Made by a program: the position numbers and the translations under genes. Positions 39,110 to 54,300 of a stretch of 64,000 nucleotides of DNA are shown piece by piece (within the stretch, counting starts at the first letter, position 1; each line of letters starts with the position of its first letter). The notes beneath the pieces were generated by a model. The model searched no databases. It saw only the letters and a list, made by a program, of their open reading frames with translations, and had not been told where the DNA came from. Origin of the DNA: Eledone cirrhosa (Eukaryota); assembly GCA_964016885.1 (NCBI GenBank), contig OZ024744.1, forward strand, positions 2,232,001-2,296,000, given 5' to 3'.

Positions 39110-42100
39110 CAAAACTTCGTTCTTCACCAAGATATCTTTATCTACCTTGTCTTCCCACAAAACTTCGTTCTTCACCAAGCTATCTTTGTCTACCTTGTCT
39201 TCCCACAAAACGTCGTTCTTCACCAAGCTATCTTTCTCTACCTTGTCTTCCCTCAAAACGTCGTTCTTCGCCAAGCTATCTTTCTCTACCCATTCTTCCC
39301 TCAAAACTTCGTTCTTCACCAAGCTATCTTTCTCTACCTTGTCTTCCCCCAAAACTTAGTCCTTCACCAAGCTATCTTTCTCTACCTTGTCTTCCCTCAA
39401 ACTTCGTTCTTCACCAAGCTATCTTTCTCTACCTTGTCTTCCCCCAAAACTTCGTTCCTCACCAAGCTATGTTTCTCTACCTTGTCTCCCCTCAAAACTT
39501 CGTTCTTCACCAAGCTATCTTCCTCTACCTCGTCTTCCCTCAAAACTTCGTTCTACACCAAGCTATCATACTCTACCTTGCCTTCCCTCAAAACTTCGTT
39601 CTTCATCAAGCTATCTTTCTCTACTTTGTCCTCCCTCAAAACTTCGTTCGTTCTTCATCAAGCTATCTTTCTCTACCTTGTCTTCCCTCAAAACTTCGTT
39701 CTTAACCAAGCTATCTTTCTCTACCTTGCCTTCCCGCAAAACTTCGTTCTTCATCAAGCTATCTTTCTCTACCTTGTCTTCCCTCAAAACTTCGTTCTTA
39801 ACCAAGCTATCTTCCTCTACCTTGCCTTCCCGCAAAACTTCGTTCTTCACCAAATATCTTTATCAACCTTGTCTTCCCCCAAAACTTCGTTCTTCACCAA
39901 GCTATCTTTGTCTACCTTGTCTTCCCACAAAACGTCGTTCTTCACCAAGCTATCTTTATCTACCTTGTCTTCCCACAAAACGTCGTTCTTCACCAAGCTA
40001 TCTCTCTCTACCTTCTCTTCCCTCAAAACGTCGTTCTTCACCAAGCTATCTTTCTCTACCCATTCTTCCCTCAAAACTTCGTTCTTCACCAAGCTATCTT
40101 TCTCTACCTTGTCATCCCTCAAAACGTCGTTCTTCACCAAGCTATCTTTCTCTACCCATTCTTCCCTCAAAACTTCGTTCATCACCAAGCTATCTTTCTC
40201 TACCTTGTCTTCCCCCAAAACTTCGTTCTTCACCAAGCTATCTTTCTCTACCTTGTCTTCCCACAAAACTTCGTTCTTCACCAAGCTATCTTTCTCTACC
40301 TTGTCTTCCCACAAAACGTCGTTCTTCAGCAAGCTATCTTTCTGTACCTTGTCTTCCCTCAAAACGTCGTTCTTCACCAAGCTATCTTTCTCTACCCATT
40401 CTTCCCTCAAAACTTCGTTCTTCACCAAGCTATCTTTCTCTACCTTGTCTTCCCCCAAAACTTCGTTCTTCACCAAGCTATCTTTCTCTACCTTGCCTTC
40501 CCTCAAAACTTCGTTCTTCATCAAGCTATCTTTCTCTACTTTGTCTTCCCTCAAAACTTCGTTCTTCACCAAGCTAACTTTCTCTACCTTGCCTTCCCTC
40601 AAAACTTCGTTCTTCATCAAGCTATCTTTCTCTACCTTTTCTTCCCTCAAAACTTCGTTATTCACCAAGCTGTCTTTCTCTACCTTGTCTTCGTTCAAAA
40701 CATCGTTCTTCACCAAGCTATCTTTCTCTACCTTGTCTTCCCTCAAAACTTCGTTCTTCACCAAGCTATCTTTCTCTACCTTTTTTTCCCCCAAAACTTC
40801 GTTCTTCACCAAGCTATCTTTCTCTACCTTGTCTTCCCTCAAAACTTCGTTCTTCACCAAGCTATCTTTCTCTACCTTGTCTTCCCTCCAAACTTCGTTC
40901 TTCATCAAGCTATCGTTCTCTACTTTGTCTTCCCTCAAAACGTCGTTCTTCACCAAGCTATCTTTCTCTACCTTGTCTTCCCTCAAAACTTCGTTCGTTC
41001 TTCACCAAGCTATCTTTCTCTACCTTGTCTTCCCACAAAACTTCGTTCTTCATCAAGCTATCTTTCTCTACCTTGTCTTCCCTCAAAACGTCGTTCTTCA
41101 CCAAGCTATCTTTCTCTACCTTGTCTTCCCTCAAAACTTCGTTCTTCACCAAGCTATCTTACTCTCCCTTGTCTTCCCTCAAAACTTCGTTCTTGATCAA
41201 GCTATCTTTCTCTACCTTGTCTTCCCTCAAAACTTCGTTCTTCAATAAGCTATCTTTCTCTACCTTGTCTTCCCTCAAAACTTCGTTCTTCACCAAGCTA
41301 TCTTTCTCTACCTTGTCTTCCCTCAAAACTTCGTTCTTCACCAAGCTATCTTTCTCTACCTTGTCTTCCCCCAAAACTTCGTTCTTCACCAAGCTATCTT
41401 ACTCTACCTTGTCTTCCCTCAAAACTTCGTTCTTCACCAAGCTATCTTTCTCTACCTTGTCTTCCCTCAAAACTTCGTTCTTCATCAAGCTATCGTTCTC
41501 TACCTTGTCTTCCCACAAAACGTCGTTCTTCACCAAGCTATCTTTCTCTACATTGCCTTCCCTCAAAACTTCGTTCTTCACCAAGCTATCTTTTTCTACC
41601 ATGTCTTCCCCCAAAATTTCGTTCTTCACCAAGCTATCTTTCTCTACCTTGTCTTCCCCCAAAACTTCGTTCTTCACCAAGATATCTTTATCTACCTTGT
41701 CTTCCCACAAAACTTCGTTCTTCACCAAGCTATCTTTGTCTACCTTGTCTTCCCACAAAACGTCGTTCTTCACCAAGCTATCTTTCTCTACCTTGTCTTC
41801 TCTCAAAACGTCGTTCTTCGCCAAGCTATCTTTCTCTACCCATTCTTCCCTCAAAACTTCGTTCTTCACCAAGCTATCTTTCTCTACCTTGTCTTCCCCT
41901 AAAACTTAGTCCTTCACCAAGCTATCTTTCTCTACCTTGTCTTCCCTCAAACTTCGTTCTTCACCAAGCTATCTTTCTCTACCTTGTCTTCCCCCAAAAC
42001 TTCGTTCCTCACCAAGCTATCTTTCTCTACCTTGTCTCCCCTCAAAACTTCGTTCTTCACCAAGCTATCTTCCTCTACCTCGTCTTCCCTCAAAACTTCG

Positions 42101-44060
42101 TTCTACACCAAGTTATCATACTCTACCTTGTCTTCCCTCAAAACTTCGTTCTTCATCAAGCTATCTTTCTCTACTTTGTCCTCCCTCAAAACTTCGTTCG
42201 TTCTTCATCAAGCTATCTTTCTCTACCTTGTCTTCCCTCAAAACTTCGTTCTTAACCAAGCTATCTTTCTCTACCTTGCCTTCCCGCAAAACTTCGTTCT
42301 TCATCAAGCTATCTTTCTCTACCTTGTCTTCCCTCAAAACTTCGTTCTTAACCAAGCTATCTTCCTCTACCTTGCCTTCCCGCAAAACTTCGTTCTTCAC
42401 CAAATATCTTTATCAACCTTGTCTTCCCCCAAAACTTCGTTCTTCACCAAGCTATCTTTGTCTACCTTGTCTTCCCACAAAACGTCGTTCTTCACCAAGC
42501 TATCTTTATCTACCTTGTCTTCCCACAAAACGTCGTTCTTCACCAAGCTATCTCTCTCTACCTTCTCTTCCCTCAAAACGTCGTTCTTCACCAAGCTATC
42601 TTTCTCTACCCATTCTTCCCTCAAAACTTCGTTCTTCACCAAGCTATCTTTCTCTACCTTGTCATCCCTCAAAACGTCGTTCTTCACCAAGCTATCTTTC
42701 TCTACCCATTCTTCCCTCAAAACTTCGTTCATCACCAAGCTATCTTTCTCTACCTTGTCTTCCCCCAAAACTTCGTTCTTCACCAAGCTATCTTTCTCTA
42801 CCTTGTCTTCCCACAAAACTTCGTTCTTCACCAAGCTATCTTTCTCTACCTTGTCTTCCCACAAAACGTCGTTCTTCAGCAAGCTATCTTTCTGTACCTT
42901 GTCTTCCCTCAAAACGTCGTTCTTCACCAAGCTATCTTTCTCTACCCATTCTTCCCTCAAAACTTCGTTCTTCACCAAGCTATCTTTCTCTACCTTGTCT
43001 TCCCCCAAAACTTCGTTCTTCACCAAGCTATCTTTCTCTACCTTGCCTTCCCTCAAACTTCGTTCTTCATCAAGCTATCTTTCTCTACTTTGTCTTCCCT
43101 CAAAACTTCGTTCTTCACCAAGCTAACTTTCTCTACCTTGTCTTCCCTCAAAACTTCGTTCTTCATCAAGCTATCTTTCTCTACCTTTTCTTCCCTCAAA
43201 ACTTCGTTATTCACCAAGCTGTCTTTCTCTACCTTGTCTTCGTTCAAAACATCGTTCTTCACCAAGCTATCTTTCTCTACCTTGTCTTCCCTCAAAACTT
43301 CGTTCTTCACCAAGCTATCTTTCTCTACCTTTTTTTCCCCCAAAACTTCGTTCTTCACCAAGCTATCTTTCTCTACCTTGTCTTCCCTCAAAACTTCGTT
43401 CTTCACCAAGCTATCTTTCTCTACCTTGTCTTCCCTCCAAACTTCGTTCTTCATCAAGCTATCGTTCTCTACTTTGTCTTCCCTCAAAACGTCGTTCTTC
43501 ACCAAGCTATCTTTCTCTACCTTGTCTTCCCTCAAAACTTCGTTCGTTCTTCACCAAGCTATCTTTCTCTACCTTGTCTTCCCACAAAACTTCGTTCTTC
43601 ATCAAGCTATCTTTCTCTACCTTGTCTTCCCTCAAAACGTCGTTCTTCACCAAGCTATCTTTCTCTACCTTGTCTTCCCTCAAAACTTCGTTCTTCACCA
43701 AGCTATCTTACTCTCCCTTGTCTTCCCTCAAAACTTCGTTCTTGATCAAGCTATCTTTCTCTACCTTGTCTTCCCTCAAAACTTCGTTCTTCAATAAGCT
43801 ATCTTTCTCTACCTTGTCTTCCCTCAAAACTTCGTTCTTCACCAAGCTATCTTTCTCTACCTTGTCTTCCCTCAAAACTTCGTTCTTCACCAAGCTATCT
43901 TTCTCTACCTTGTCTTCCCCCAAAACTTCGTTCTTCACCAAGCTATCTTACTCTACCTTGTCTTCCCTCAAAACTTCGTTCTTCACCAAGCTATCTTTCT
44001 CTACCTTGTCTTCCCTCAAAACTTCGTTCTTCATCAAGCTATCGTTCTCTACTTTGTCTT
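39110..44060. repeat. ~2550-bp (53-monomer) tandem duplication
   Basis: ORF pairs 39387/41937, 39611/42161 and 39847/42397 (offset 2550), and 40958/43507 and 41159/43708 (offset 2549 after a 1-bp deletion). Confidence 0.85.
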
Positions 44061-44354
44061 CCCTCAAAACGTCGTTCTTCACCAAGCTATCTTTCTCTAC
44101 CTTGTCTTCCCTCAAAACTTCGTTCTTAACCAAGCTATCTTCCTCTACCTTGCCTTCCCGCAAAACTTCGTTCTTCACCAAATATCTTTATCAACCTTGT
44201 CTTCCCCCAAAACTTCGTTCTTCACCAAGCTATCTTTGTCTACCTTGTCTTCCCACAAAACGTCGTTCTTCACCAAGCTATCTTTATCTACCTTGTCTTC
44301 CCACAAAACGTCGTTCTTCACCAAGCTATCTCTCTCTACCTTCTCTTCCCTCAA

Positions 44355-47300
44355 AACGTCGTTCTTCACCAAGCTATCTTTCTCTACCCATTCTTCCCTC
44401 AAAACTTCGTTCTTCACCAAGCTATCTTTCTCTACCTTGTCATCCCTCAAAACGTCGTTCTTCACCAAGCTATCTTTCTCTACCCATTCTTCCCTCAAAA
44501 CTTCGTTCATCACCAAGCTATCTTTCTCTACCTTGTCTTCCCCCAAAACTTCGTTCTTCACCAAGCTATCTTTCTCTACCTTGTCTTCCCACAAAACTTC
44601 GTTCTTCACCAAGCTATCTTTCTCTACCTTGTCTTCCCACAAAACGTCGTTCTTCAGCAAGCTATCTTTCTGTACCTTGTCTTCCCTCAAAACGTCGTTC
44701 TTCACCAAGCTATCTTTCTCTACCCATTCTTCCCTCAAAACTTCGTTCTTCACCAAGCTATCTTTCTCTACCTTGTCTTCCCCCAAAACTTCGTTCTTCA
44801 CCAAGCTATCTTTCTCTACCTTGCCTTCCCTCAAAAATTCGTTCTTCATCAAGCTATCTTTCTCTACTTTGTCTTCCCTCAAAACTTCGTTCTTCACCAA
44901 GCTAACTTTCTCTACCTTGCCTTCCCTCAAAACTTCGTTCTTCATCAAGCTATCTTTCTCTACCTTTTCTTCCCTCAAAACTTCGTTATTCACCAAGCTG
45001 TCTTTCTCTACCTTGTCTTCGTTCAAAACATCGTTCTTCACCAAGCTATCTTTCTCTACCTTGTCTTCCCTCAAAACTTCGTTCTTCACCAAGCTATCTT
45101 TCTCTACCTTTTTTTCCCCCAAAACTTCGTTCTTCACCAAGCTATCTTTCTCTACCTTGTCTTCCCTCAAAACTTCGTTCTTCACCAAGCTATCTTTCTC
45201 TACCTTGTCTTCCCTCCAAACTTCGTTCTTCATCAAGCTATCGTTCCCTACTTTGTCTTCCCTCAAAACGTCGTTCTTCACCAAGCTATCTTTCTCTACC
45301 TTGTCTTCCCTCAAAACTTCGTTCGTTCTTCACCAAGCTATCTTTCTCTACCTTGTCTTCCCACAAAACTTCGTTCTTCATCAAGCTATCTTTCTCTACC
45401 TTGTCTTCCCTCAAAACGTCGTTCTTCACCAAGCTATCTTTCTCTACCTTGTCTTCCCTCAAAACTTCGTTCTTCACCAAGCTATCTTACTCTCCCTTGT
45501 CTTCCCTCAAAACTTCGTTCTTGATCAAGCTATCTTTCTCTACCTTGTCTTCCCTCAAAACTTCGTTCTTCAATAAGCTATCTTTCTCTACCTTGTCTTC
45601 CCTCAAAACTTCGTTCTTCACCAAGCTATCTTTCTCTACCTTGTCTTCCCTCAAAACTTCGTTCTTCACCAAGCTATCTTTCTCTACCTTGTCTTCCCCC
45701 AAAACTTCGTTCTTCACCAAGCTATCTTACTCTACCTTGTCTTCCCTCAAAACTTCGTTCTTCATCAAGCTATCGTTCTCTACCTTGTCTTCCCACAAAA
45801 CGTCGTTCTTCACCAAGCTATCTTTCTCTACATTGCCTTCCCTCAAAACTTCGTTCTTCACCAAGCTATCTTTTTCTACCATGTCTTCCCCCAAAATTTC
45901 GTTCTTCACCAAGCTATCTTTCTCTACCTTGTCTTCCCCCAAAACTTCGTTCTTCACCAAGATATCTTTATCTACCTTGTCTTCCCACAAAACTTCGTTC
46001 TTCACCAAGCTATCTTTGTCTACCTTGTCTTCCCACAAAACGTCGTTCTTCACCAAGCTATCTTTCTCTACCTTGTCTTCCCTCAAAACGTCGTTCTTCG
46101 CCAAGCTATCTTTCTCTACCCATTCTTCCCTCAAAACTTCGTTCTTCACCAAGCTATCTTTCTCTACCTTGTCTTCCCCCAAAACTTAGTCCTTCACCAA
46201 GCTATCTTTCTCTACCTTGTCTTCCCTCAAACTTCGTTCTTCACCAAGCTATCTTTCTCTACCTTGTCTTCCCCCAAAACTTCGTTCCTCACCAAGCTAT
46301 CTTTCTCTACCTTGTCTCCCCTCAAAACTTCGTTCTTCACCAAGCTATCTTTCTCTACCCATTCTTCCCTCAAAACTTCGTTCTTCACCAAGCTATCTTT
46401 CTCTACCTTGTCATCCCTCAAAACGTCGTTCTTCACCAAGCTATCTTTCTCTACCCATTCTTCCCTCAAAACTTCGTTCATCACCAAGCTATCTTTCTCT
46501 ACCTTGTCTTCCCCCAAAACTTCGTTCTTCACCAAGCTATCTTTCTCTACCTTGTCTTCCCACAAAACTTCGTTCTTCACCAAGCTATCTTTCTCTACCT
46601 TGTCTTCCCACAAAACGTCGTTCTTCAGCAAGCTATCTTTCTGTACCTTGTCTTCCCTCAAAACGTCGTTCTTCACCAAGCTATCTTTCTCTACCCATTC
46701 TTCCCTCAAAACTTCGTTCTTCACCAAGCTATCTTTCTCTACCTTGTCTTCCCCCAAAACTTCGTTCTTCACCAAGCTATCTTTCTCTACCTTGCCTTCC
46801 CTCAAAACTTCGTTCTTCATCAAGCTATCTTTCTCTACTTTGTCTTCCCTCAAAACTTCGTTCTTCACCAAGCTAACTTTCTCTACCTTGCCTTCCCTCA
46901 AAACTTCGTTCTTCATCAAGCTATCTTTCTCTACCTTTTCTTCCCTCAAAACTTCGTTATTCACCAAGCTGTCTTTCTCTACCTTGTCTTCGTTCAAAAC
47001 ATCGTTCTTCACCAAGCTATCTTTCTCTACCTTGTCTTCCCTCAAAACTTCGTTCTTCACCAAGCTATCTTTCTCTACCTTTTTTTCCCCCAAAACTTCG
47101 TTCTTCACCAAGCTATCTTTCTCTACCTTGTCTTCCCTCAAAACTTCGTTCTTCACCAAGCTATCTTTCTCTACCTTGTCTTCCCTCCAAACTTCGTTCT
47201 TCATCAAGCTATCGTTCTCTACTTTGTCTTCCCTCAAAACGTCGTTCTTCACCAAGCTATCTTTCTCTACCTTGTCTTCCCTCAAAACTTCGTTCGTTCT

Positions 47301-48320
47301 TCACCAAGCTATCTTTCTCTACCTTGTCTTCCCACAAAACTTCGTTCTTCATCAAGCTATCTTTCTCTACCTTGTCTTCCCTCAAAACGTCGTTCTTCAC
47401 CAAGCTATCTTTCTCTACCTTGTCTTCCCTCAAAACTTCGTTCTTCACCAAGCTATCTTACTCTCCCTTGTCTTCCCTCAAAACTTCGTTCTTGATCAAG
47501 CTATCTTTCTCTACCTTGTCTTCCCTCAAAACTTCGTTCTTCAATAAGCTATCTTTCTCTACCTTGTCTTCCCTCAAAACTTCGTTCTTCACCAAGCTAT
47601 CTTTCTCTACCTTGTCTTCCCTCAAAACTTCGTTCTTCACCAAGCTATCTTTCTCTACCTTGTCTTCCCCCAAAACTTCGTTCTTCACCAAGCTATCTTA
47701 CTCTACCTTGTCTTCCCTCAAAACTTCGTTCTTCATCAAGCTATCGTTCTCTACCTTGTCTTCCCACAAAACGTCGTTCTTCACCAAGCTATCTTTCTCT
47801 ACATTGCCTTCCCTCAAAACTTCGTTCTTCACCAAGCTATCTTTTTCTACCATGTCTTCCCCCAAAATTTCGTTCTTCACCAAGCTATCTTTCTCTACCT
47901 TGTCTTCCCCCAAAACTTCGTTCTTCACCAAGATATCTTTATCTACCTTGTCTTCCCACAAAACTTCGTTCTTCACCAAGCTATCTTTGTCTACCTTGTC
48001 TTCCCACAAAACGTCGTTCTTCACCAAGCTATCTTTCTCTACCTTGTCTTCCCTCAAAACGTCGTTCTTCGCCAAGCTATCTTTCTCTACCCATTCTTCC
48101 CTCAAAACTTCGTTCTTCACCAAGCTATCTTTCTCTACCTTGTCTTCCCCCAAAACTTAGTCCTTCACCAAGCTATCTTTCTCTACCTTGTCTTCCCTCA
48201 AACTTCGTTCTTCACCAAGCTATCTTTCTCTACCTTGTCTTCCCCCAAAACTTCGTTCCTCACCAAGCTATCTTTCTCTACCTTGTCTCCCCTCAAAACT
48301 TCGTTCTTCACCAAGCTATC
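44355..48320. repeat. 1971-bp (41-monomer) tandem duplication
   Basis: ORF pairs 45286/47257, 45353/47324, 45487/47458, 45727/47698 and 46217/48188 are all offset by 1971. Confidence 0.85.
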
Positions 48321-51300
48321 TTCCTCTACCTCGTCTTCCCTCAAAACTTCGTTCTACACCAAGCTATCATACTCTACCTTGTCTTCCCTCAAAACTTCGT
48401 TCTTCATCAAGCTATCTTTCTCTACTTTGTCCTCCCTCAAAACTTCGTTCGTTCTTCATCAAGCTATCTTTCTCTACCTTGTCTTCCCTCAAAACTTCGT
48501 TCTTAACCAAGCTATCTTTCTCTACCTTGCCTTCCCGCAAAACTTCGTTCTTCACCAAATATCTTTATCAACCTTGTCTTCCCCCAAAACTTCGTTCTTC
48601 ACCAAGCTATCTTTGTCTACCTTGTCTTCCCACAAAACGTCGTTCTTCACCAAGCTATCTTTATCTACCTTGTCTTCCCACAAAACGTCGTTCTTCACCA
48701 AGCTATCTCTCTCTACCTTCTCTTCCCTCAAAACGTCGTTCTTCACCAAGCTATCTTTCTCTACCCATTCTTCCCTCAAAACTTCGTTCTTCACCAAGCT
48801 ATCTTTCTCTACCTTGTCATCCCTCAAAACGTCGTTCTTCACCAAGCTATCTTTCTCTACCCATTCTTCCCTCAAAACTTCGTTCATCACCAAGCTATCT
48901 TTCTCTACCTTGTCTTCCCCCAAAACTTCGTTCTTCACCAAGCTATCTTTCTCTACCTTGTCTTCCCACAAAACTTCGTTCTTCACCAAGCTATCTTTCT
49001 CTACCTTGTCTTCCCACAAAACGTCGTTCTTCAGCAAGCTATCTTTCTGTACCTTGTCTTCCCTCAAAACGTCGTTCTTCACCAAGCTATCTTTCTCTAC
49101 CCATTCTTCCCTCAAAACTTCGTTCTTCACCAAGCTATCTTTCTCTACCTTGTCTTCCCCCAAAACTTCGTTCTTCACCAAGCTATCTTTCTCTACCTTG
49201 CCTTCCCTCAAAACTTCGTTCTTCATCAAGCTATCTTTCTCTACTTTGTCTTCCCCCAAAACTTCGTTCTTCACCAAGCTATCTTTCTCTACCTTGCCTT
49301 CCCTCAAAACTTCGTTCTTCATCAAGCTATCTTTCTCTACCTTGTCTTCCCCCAAAACTTCGTTCTTCACCAAGCTATCTTTCTCTACCTTGTCTTCCCT
49401 CAAAACTTCGTTCTTCATCAAGCTATCGTTCTCTACCTTGTCTTCCCACAAAACGTCGTTCTTCACCAAGCTATCTTTCTCTACATTGCCTTCCCTCAAA
49501 ACTTCGTTCTTCACCAAGCTATCTTTTTCTACCATGTCTTCCCCCAAAATTTCGTTCTTCACCAAGCTATCTTTCTCTACCTTGTCTTCCCCCAAAACTT
49601 CGTTCTTCACCAAGATATCTTTATCTACCTTGTCTTCCCACAAAACTTCGTTCTTCACCAAGCTATCTTTGTCTACCTTGTCTTCCCACAAAACGTCGTT
49701 CTTCACCAAGCTATCTTTCTCTACCTTGTCTTCCCTCAAAACGTCGTTCTTCGCCAAGCTATCTTTCTCTACCCATTCTTCCCTCAAAACTTCGTTCTTC
49801 ACCAAGCTATCTTTCTCTACCTTGTCTTCCCCCAAAACTTAGTCCTTCACCAAGCTATCTTTCTCTACCTTGTCTTCCCTCAAACTTCGTTCTTCACCAA
49901 GCTATCTTTCTCTACCTTGTCTTCCCCCAAAACTTCGTTCCTCACCAAGCTATCTTTCTCTACCTTGTCTCCCCTCAAAACTTCGTTCTTCACCAAGCTA
50001 TCTTCCTCTACCTCGTCTTCCCTCAAAACTTCGTTCTACACCAAGCTATCATACTCTACCTTGTCTTCCCTCAAAACTTCGTTCTTCATCAAGCTATCTT
50101 TCTCTACTTTGTCCTCCCTCAAAACTTCGTTCGTTCTTCATCAAGCTATCTTTCTCTACCTTGTCTTCCCTCAAAACTTCGTTCTTAACCAAGCTATCTT
50201 TCTCTACCTTGCCTTCCCGCAAAACTTCGTTCTTCATCAAGCTATCTTTCTCTACCTTGTCTTCCCTCAAAACTTCGTTCTTAACCAAGCTATCTTCCTC
50301 TACCTTGCCTTCCCGCAAAACTTCGTTCTTCACCAAATATCTTTATCAACCTTGTCTTCCCCCAAAACTTCGTTCTTCACCAAGCTATCTTTGTCTACCT
50401 TGTGTTCCCACAAAACGTCGTTCTTCACCAAGCTATCTTTATCTACCTTGTCTTCCCACAAAACGTCGTTCTTCACCAAGCTATCTCTCTCTACCTTCTC
50501 TTCCCTCAAAACGTCGTTCTTCACCAAGCTATCTTTCTCTACCCATTCTTCCCTCAAAACTTCGTTCTTCACCAAGCTATCTTTCTCTACCTTGTCATCC
50601 CTCAAAACGTCGTTCTTCACCAAGCTATCTTTCTCTACCCATTCTTCCCTCAAAACTTCGTTCATCACCAAGCTATCTTTCTCTACCTTGTCTTCCCCCA
50701 AAACTTCGTTCTTCACCAAGCTATCTTTCTCTACCTTGTCTTCCCACAAAACTTCGTTCTTCACCAAGCTATCTTTCTCTACCTTGTCTTCCCACAAAAC
50801 GTCGTTCTTCAGCAAGCTATCTTTCTGTACCTTGTCTTCCCTCAAAACGTCGTTCTTCACCAAGCTATCTTTCTCTACCCATTCTTCCCTCAAAACTTCG
50901 TTCTTCACCAAGCTATCTTTCTCTACCTTGTCTTCCCCCAAAACTTCGTTCTTCACCAAGCTATCTTTCTCTACCTTGCCTTCCCTCAAAACTTCGTTCT
51001 TCATCAAGCTATCTTTCTCTACTTTGTCTTCCCTCAAAACTTCGTTCTTCACCAAGCTAATTTTCTCTACCTTGCCTTCCCTCAAAACTTCGTTCTTCAT
51101 CAAGCTATCTTTCTCTACCTTTTCTTCCCTCAAAACTTCGTTATTCACCAAGCTGTCTTTCTCTACCTTGTCTTCGTTCAAAACATCGTTCTTCACCAAG
51201 CTATCTTTCTCTACCTTGTCTTCCCTCAAAACTTCGTTCTTCACCAAGCTATCTTTCTCTACCTTTTTTTCCCCCAAAACTTCGTTCTTCACCAAGCTAT

Positions 51301-54300
51301 CTTTCTCTACCTTGTCTTCCCTCAAAACTTCGTTCTTCACCAAGCTATCTTTCTCTACCTTGTCTTCCCTCCAAACTTCGTTCTTCATCAAGCTATCGTT
51401 CTCTACTTTGTCTTCCCTCAAAACGTCGTTCTTCACCAAGCTATCTTTCTCTACCTTGTCTTCCCTCAAAACTTCGTTCGTTCTTCACCAAGCTATCTTT
51501 CTCTACCTTGTCTTCCCACAAAACTTCGTTCTTCATCAAGCTATCTTTCTCTACCCTGTCTTCCCTCAAAACGTCGTTCTTCACCAAGCTATCTTTCTCT
51601 ACCTTGTCTTCCCTCAAAACTTCGTTCTTCACCAAGCTATCTTACTCTCCCTTGTCTTCCCTCAAAACTTCGTTCTTGATCAAGCTATCTTTCTCTACCT
51701 TGTCTTCCCTCAAAACTTCGTTCTTCAATAAGCTATCTTTCTCTACCTTGTCTTCCCTCAAAACTTCGTTCTTCACCAAGCTATCTTTCTCTACCTTGTC
51801 TTCCCTCAAAACTTCGTTCTTCACCAAGCTATCTTTCTCTACCTTGTCTTCCCTCAAAACTTCGTTCTTCACCAAGCTATCTTTCTCTACCTTGTCTTCC
51901 CTCCAAACTTCGTTCTTCATCAAGCTATCGTTCTCTACTTTGTCTTCCCTCAAAACGTCGTTCTTCACCAAGCTATCTTTCTCTACCTTGTCTTCCCTCA
52001 AAACTTCGTTCGTTCTTCACCAAGCTATCTTTCTCTACCTTGTCTTCCCACAAAACTTCGTTCTTCATCAAGCTATCTTTCTCTACCCTGTCTTCCCTCA
52101 AAACGTCGTTCTTCACCAAGCTATCTTTCTCTACCTTGTCTTCCCTCAAAACTTCGTTCTTCACCAAGCTATCTTACTCTCCCTTGTCTTCCCTCAAAAC
52201 TTCGTTCTTGATCAAGCTATCTTTCTCTACCTTGTCTTCCCTCAAAACTTCGTTCTTCAATAAGCTATCTTTCTCTACCTTGTCTTCCCTCAAAACTTCG
52301 TTCTTCACCAAGCTATCTTTCTCTACCTTGTCTTCCCTCAAAACTTCGTTCTTCACCAAGCTATCTTTCTCTACCTTGTCTTCCCTCAAAACTTCGTTCT
52401 TCACCAAGCTATCTTTCTCTACCTTGTCTTCCCTCAAAACTTCGTTCTTCATCAAGCTATCGTTCTCTACTTTGTCTTCCCTCAAAACGTCGTTCTTCAC
52501 CAAGCTATCTTTCTCTACCTTGTCTTCCCTCAAAACTTCGTTCGTTCTTCACCAAGCTATCTTTCTCTACCTTGTCTTCCCCCAAAACATCGATCTTCAC
52601 CAAGCTATCTCTCTCTACCTTGTCTCCCCTCAAAACGTCGTTCTTCACCAAGCTATCTTTCTCTACCCATTCTTCCCTCAAAATTTCGTTCTTCATCAAG
52701 CTATCTTTCTTTACCTTGTCTTCCCTCAAAACGTCTTTCTTCATCAAGCTATCTTTCTCTACCTTGTCTTCGCCCAAAATTTCGTTCTTCATCAAGCTAT
52801 CTTTCTCTACCTTGTCTTCCCTCAAAACGTCGTTCTTCACCAAGCTATCTTTCTCTACCTTGTCTTCCCCCAAAACTTCGTTCTTCACCAAGCTATCTTT
52901 CTCTACCTTGTCTTCCCCCAAAACTTCGTTCTTCACCAAGCTATCTTTCTCTACCTTGTCATCCCACAAAACTTCGTTCTTCACCAAGCTATCTTTCTCT
53001 AGCATGTCTTCCCTCAAAATTTCCTTCTTCACCAAGCTATCTTTCCCTACCTTGTCTTCCCTCAAAACTTCGTTCTTCACCAAGCTCTCTTTCTCTACCT
53101 TGTCTACCCCCAAAACTTCGTTCTTCACCAAGCTATCTTTCTCTACCTTGTCTTCCCCCAAAACTTCGTTCTTCACCAAGCTATCTTTCTCTACCTTGTC
53201 TTCCCCCAAAACTTCGTTCTTCACCAAGCTATCTTTCTCTACCTTGCCTTCCCTCAAAACTTCGTTCTTCATCAAGCTATCTTTCTCTACTTTGTCTTCC
53301 CTCAAAACTTCGTTCTTCACCAAGCTAACTTTCTCTACCTTGCCTTCCCTCAAAACTTCGTTCTTCATCAAGCTATCTTTCTCTACCTTTTCTTCCCTCA
53401 AAACTTCGTTATTCACCAAGCTGTCTTTCTCTACCTTGTCTTCGTTCAAAACATCGTTCTTCACCAAGCTATCTTTCTCTACCTTGTCTTCCCTCAAAAC
53501 TTCGTTCTTCACCAAGCTATCTTTCTCTACCTTTTTTTCCCCCAAAACTTCGTTCTTCACCAAGCTATCTTTCTCTACCTTGTCTTCCCTCAAAACTTCG
53601 TTCTTCACCAAGCTATCTTTCTCTACCTTGTCTTCCCTCCAAACTTCGTTCTTCATCAAGCTATCGTTCTCTACTTTGTCTTCCCTCAAAACGTCGTTCT
53701 TCACCAAGCTATCTTTCTCTACCTTGTCTTCCCTCAAAACTTCGTTCGTTCTTCACCAAGCTATCTTTCTCTACCTTGTCTTCCCACAAAACTTCGTTCT
53801 TCATCAAGCTATCTTTCTCTACCCTGTCTTCCCTCAAAACGTCGTTCTTCACCAAGCTATCTTTCTCTACCTTGTCTTCCCTCAAAACTTCGTTCTTCAC
53901 CAAGCTATCTTACTCTCCCTTGTCTTCCCTCAAAACTTCGTTCTTGATCAAGCTATCTTTCTCTACCTTGTCTTCCCTCAAAACTTCGTTCTTCAATAAG
54001 CTATCTTTCTCTACCTTGTCTTCCCTCAAAACTTCGTTCTTCACCAAGCTATCTTTCTCTACCTTGTCTTCCCTCAAAACTTCGTTCTTCACCAAGCTAT
54101 CTTTCTCTACCTTGTCTTCCCCCAAAACTTCGTTCTTCACCAAGCTATCTTTCTCTACCTTGTCTTCCCACAAAACTTCGTTCTTCATCAAGCTATCTTT
54201 CTCTACCTTGTCTTCCCTCAAAACGTCGTTCTTCACCAAGCTATCTTTCTCTACCTTGTCTTCCCTCAAAACTTCGTTCTTCACCAAGCTATCTTACTCT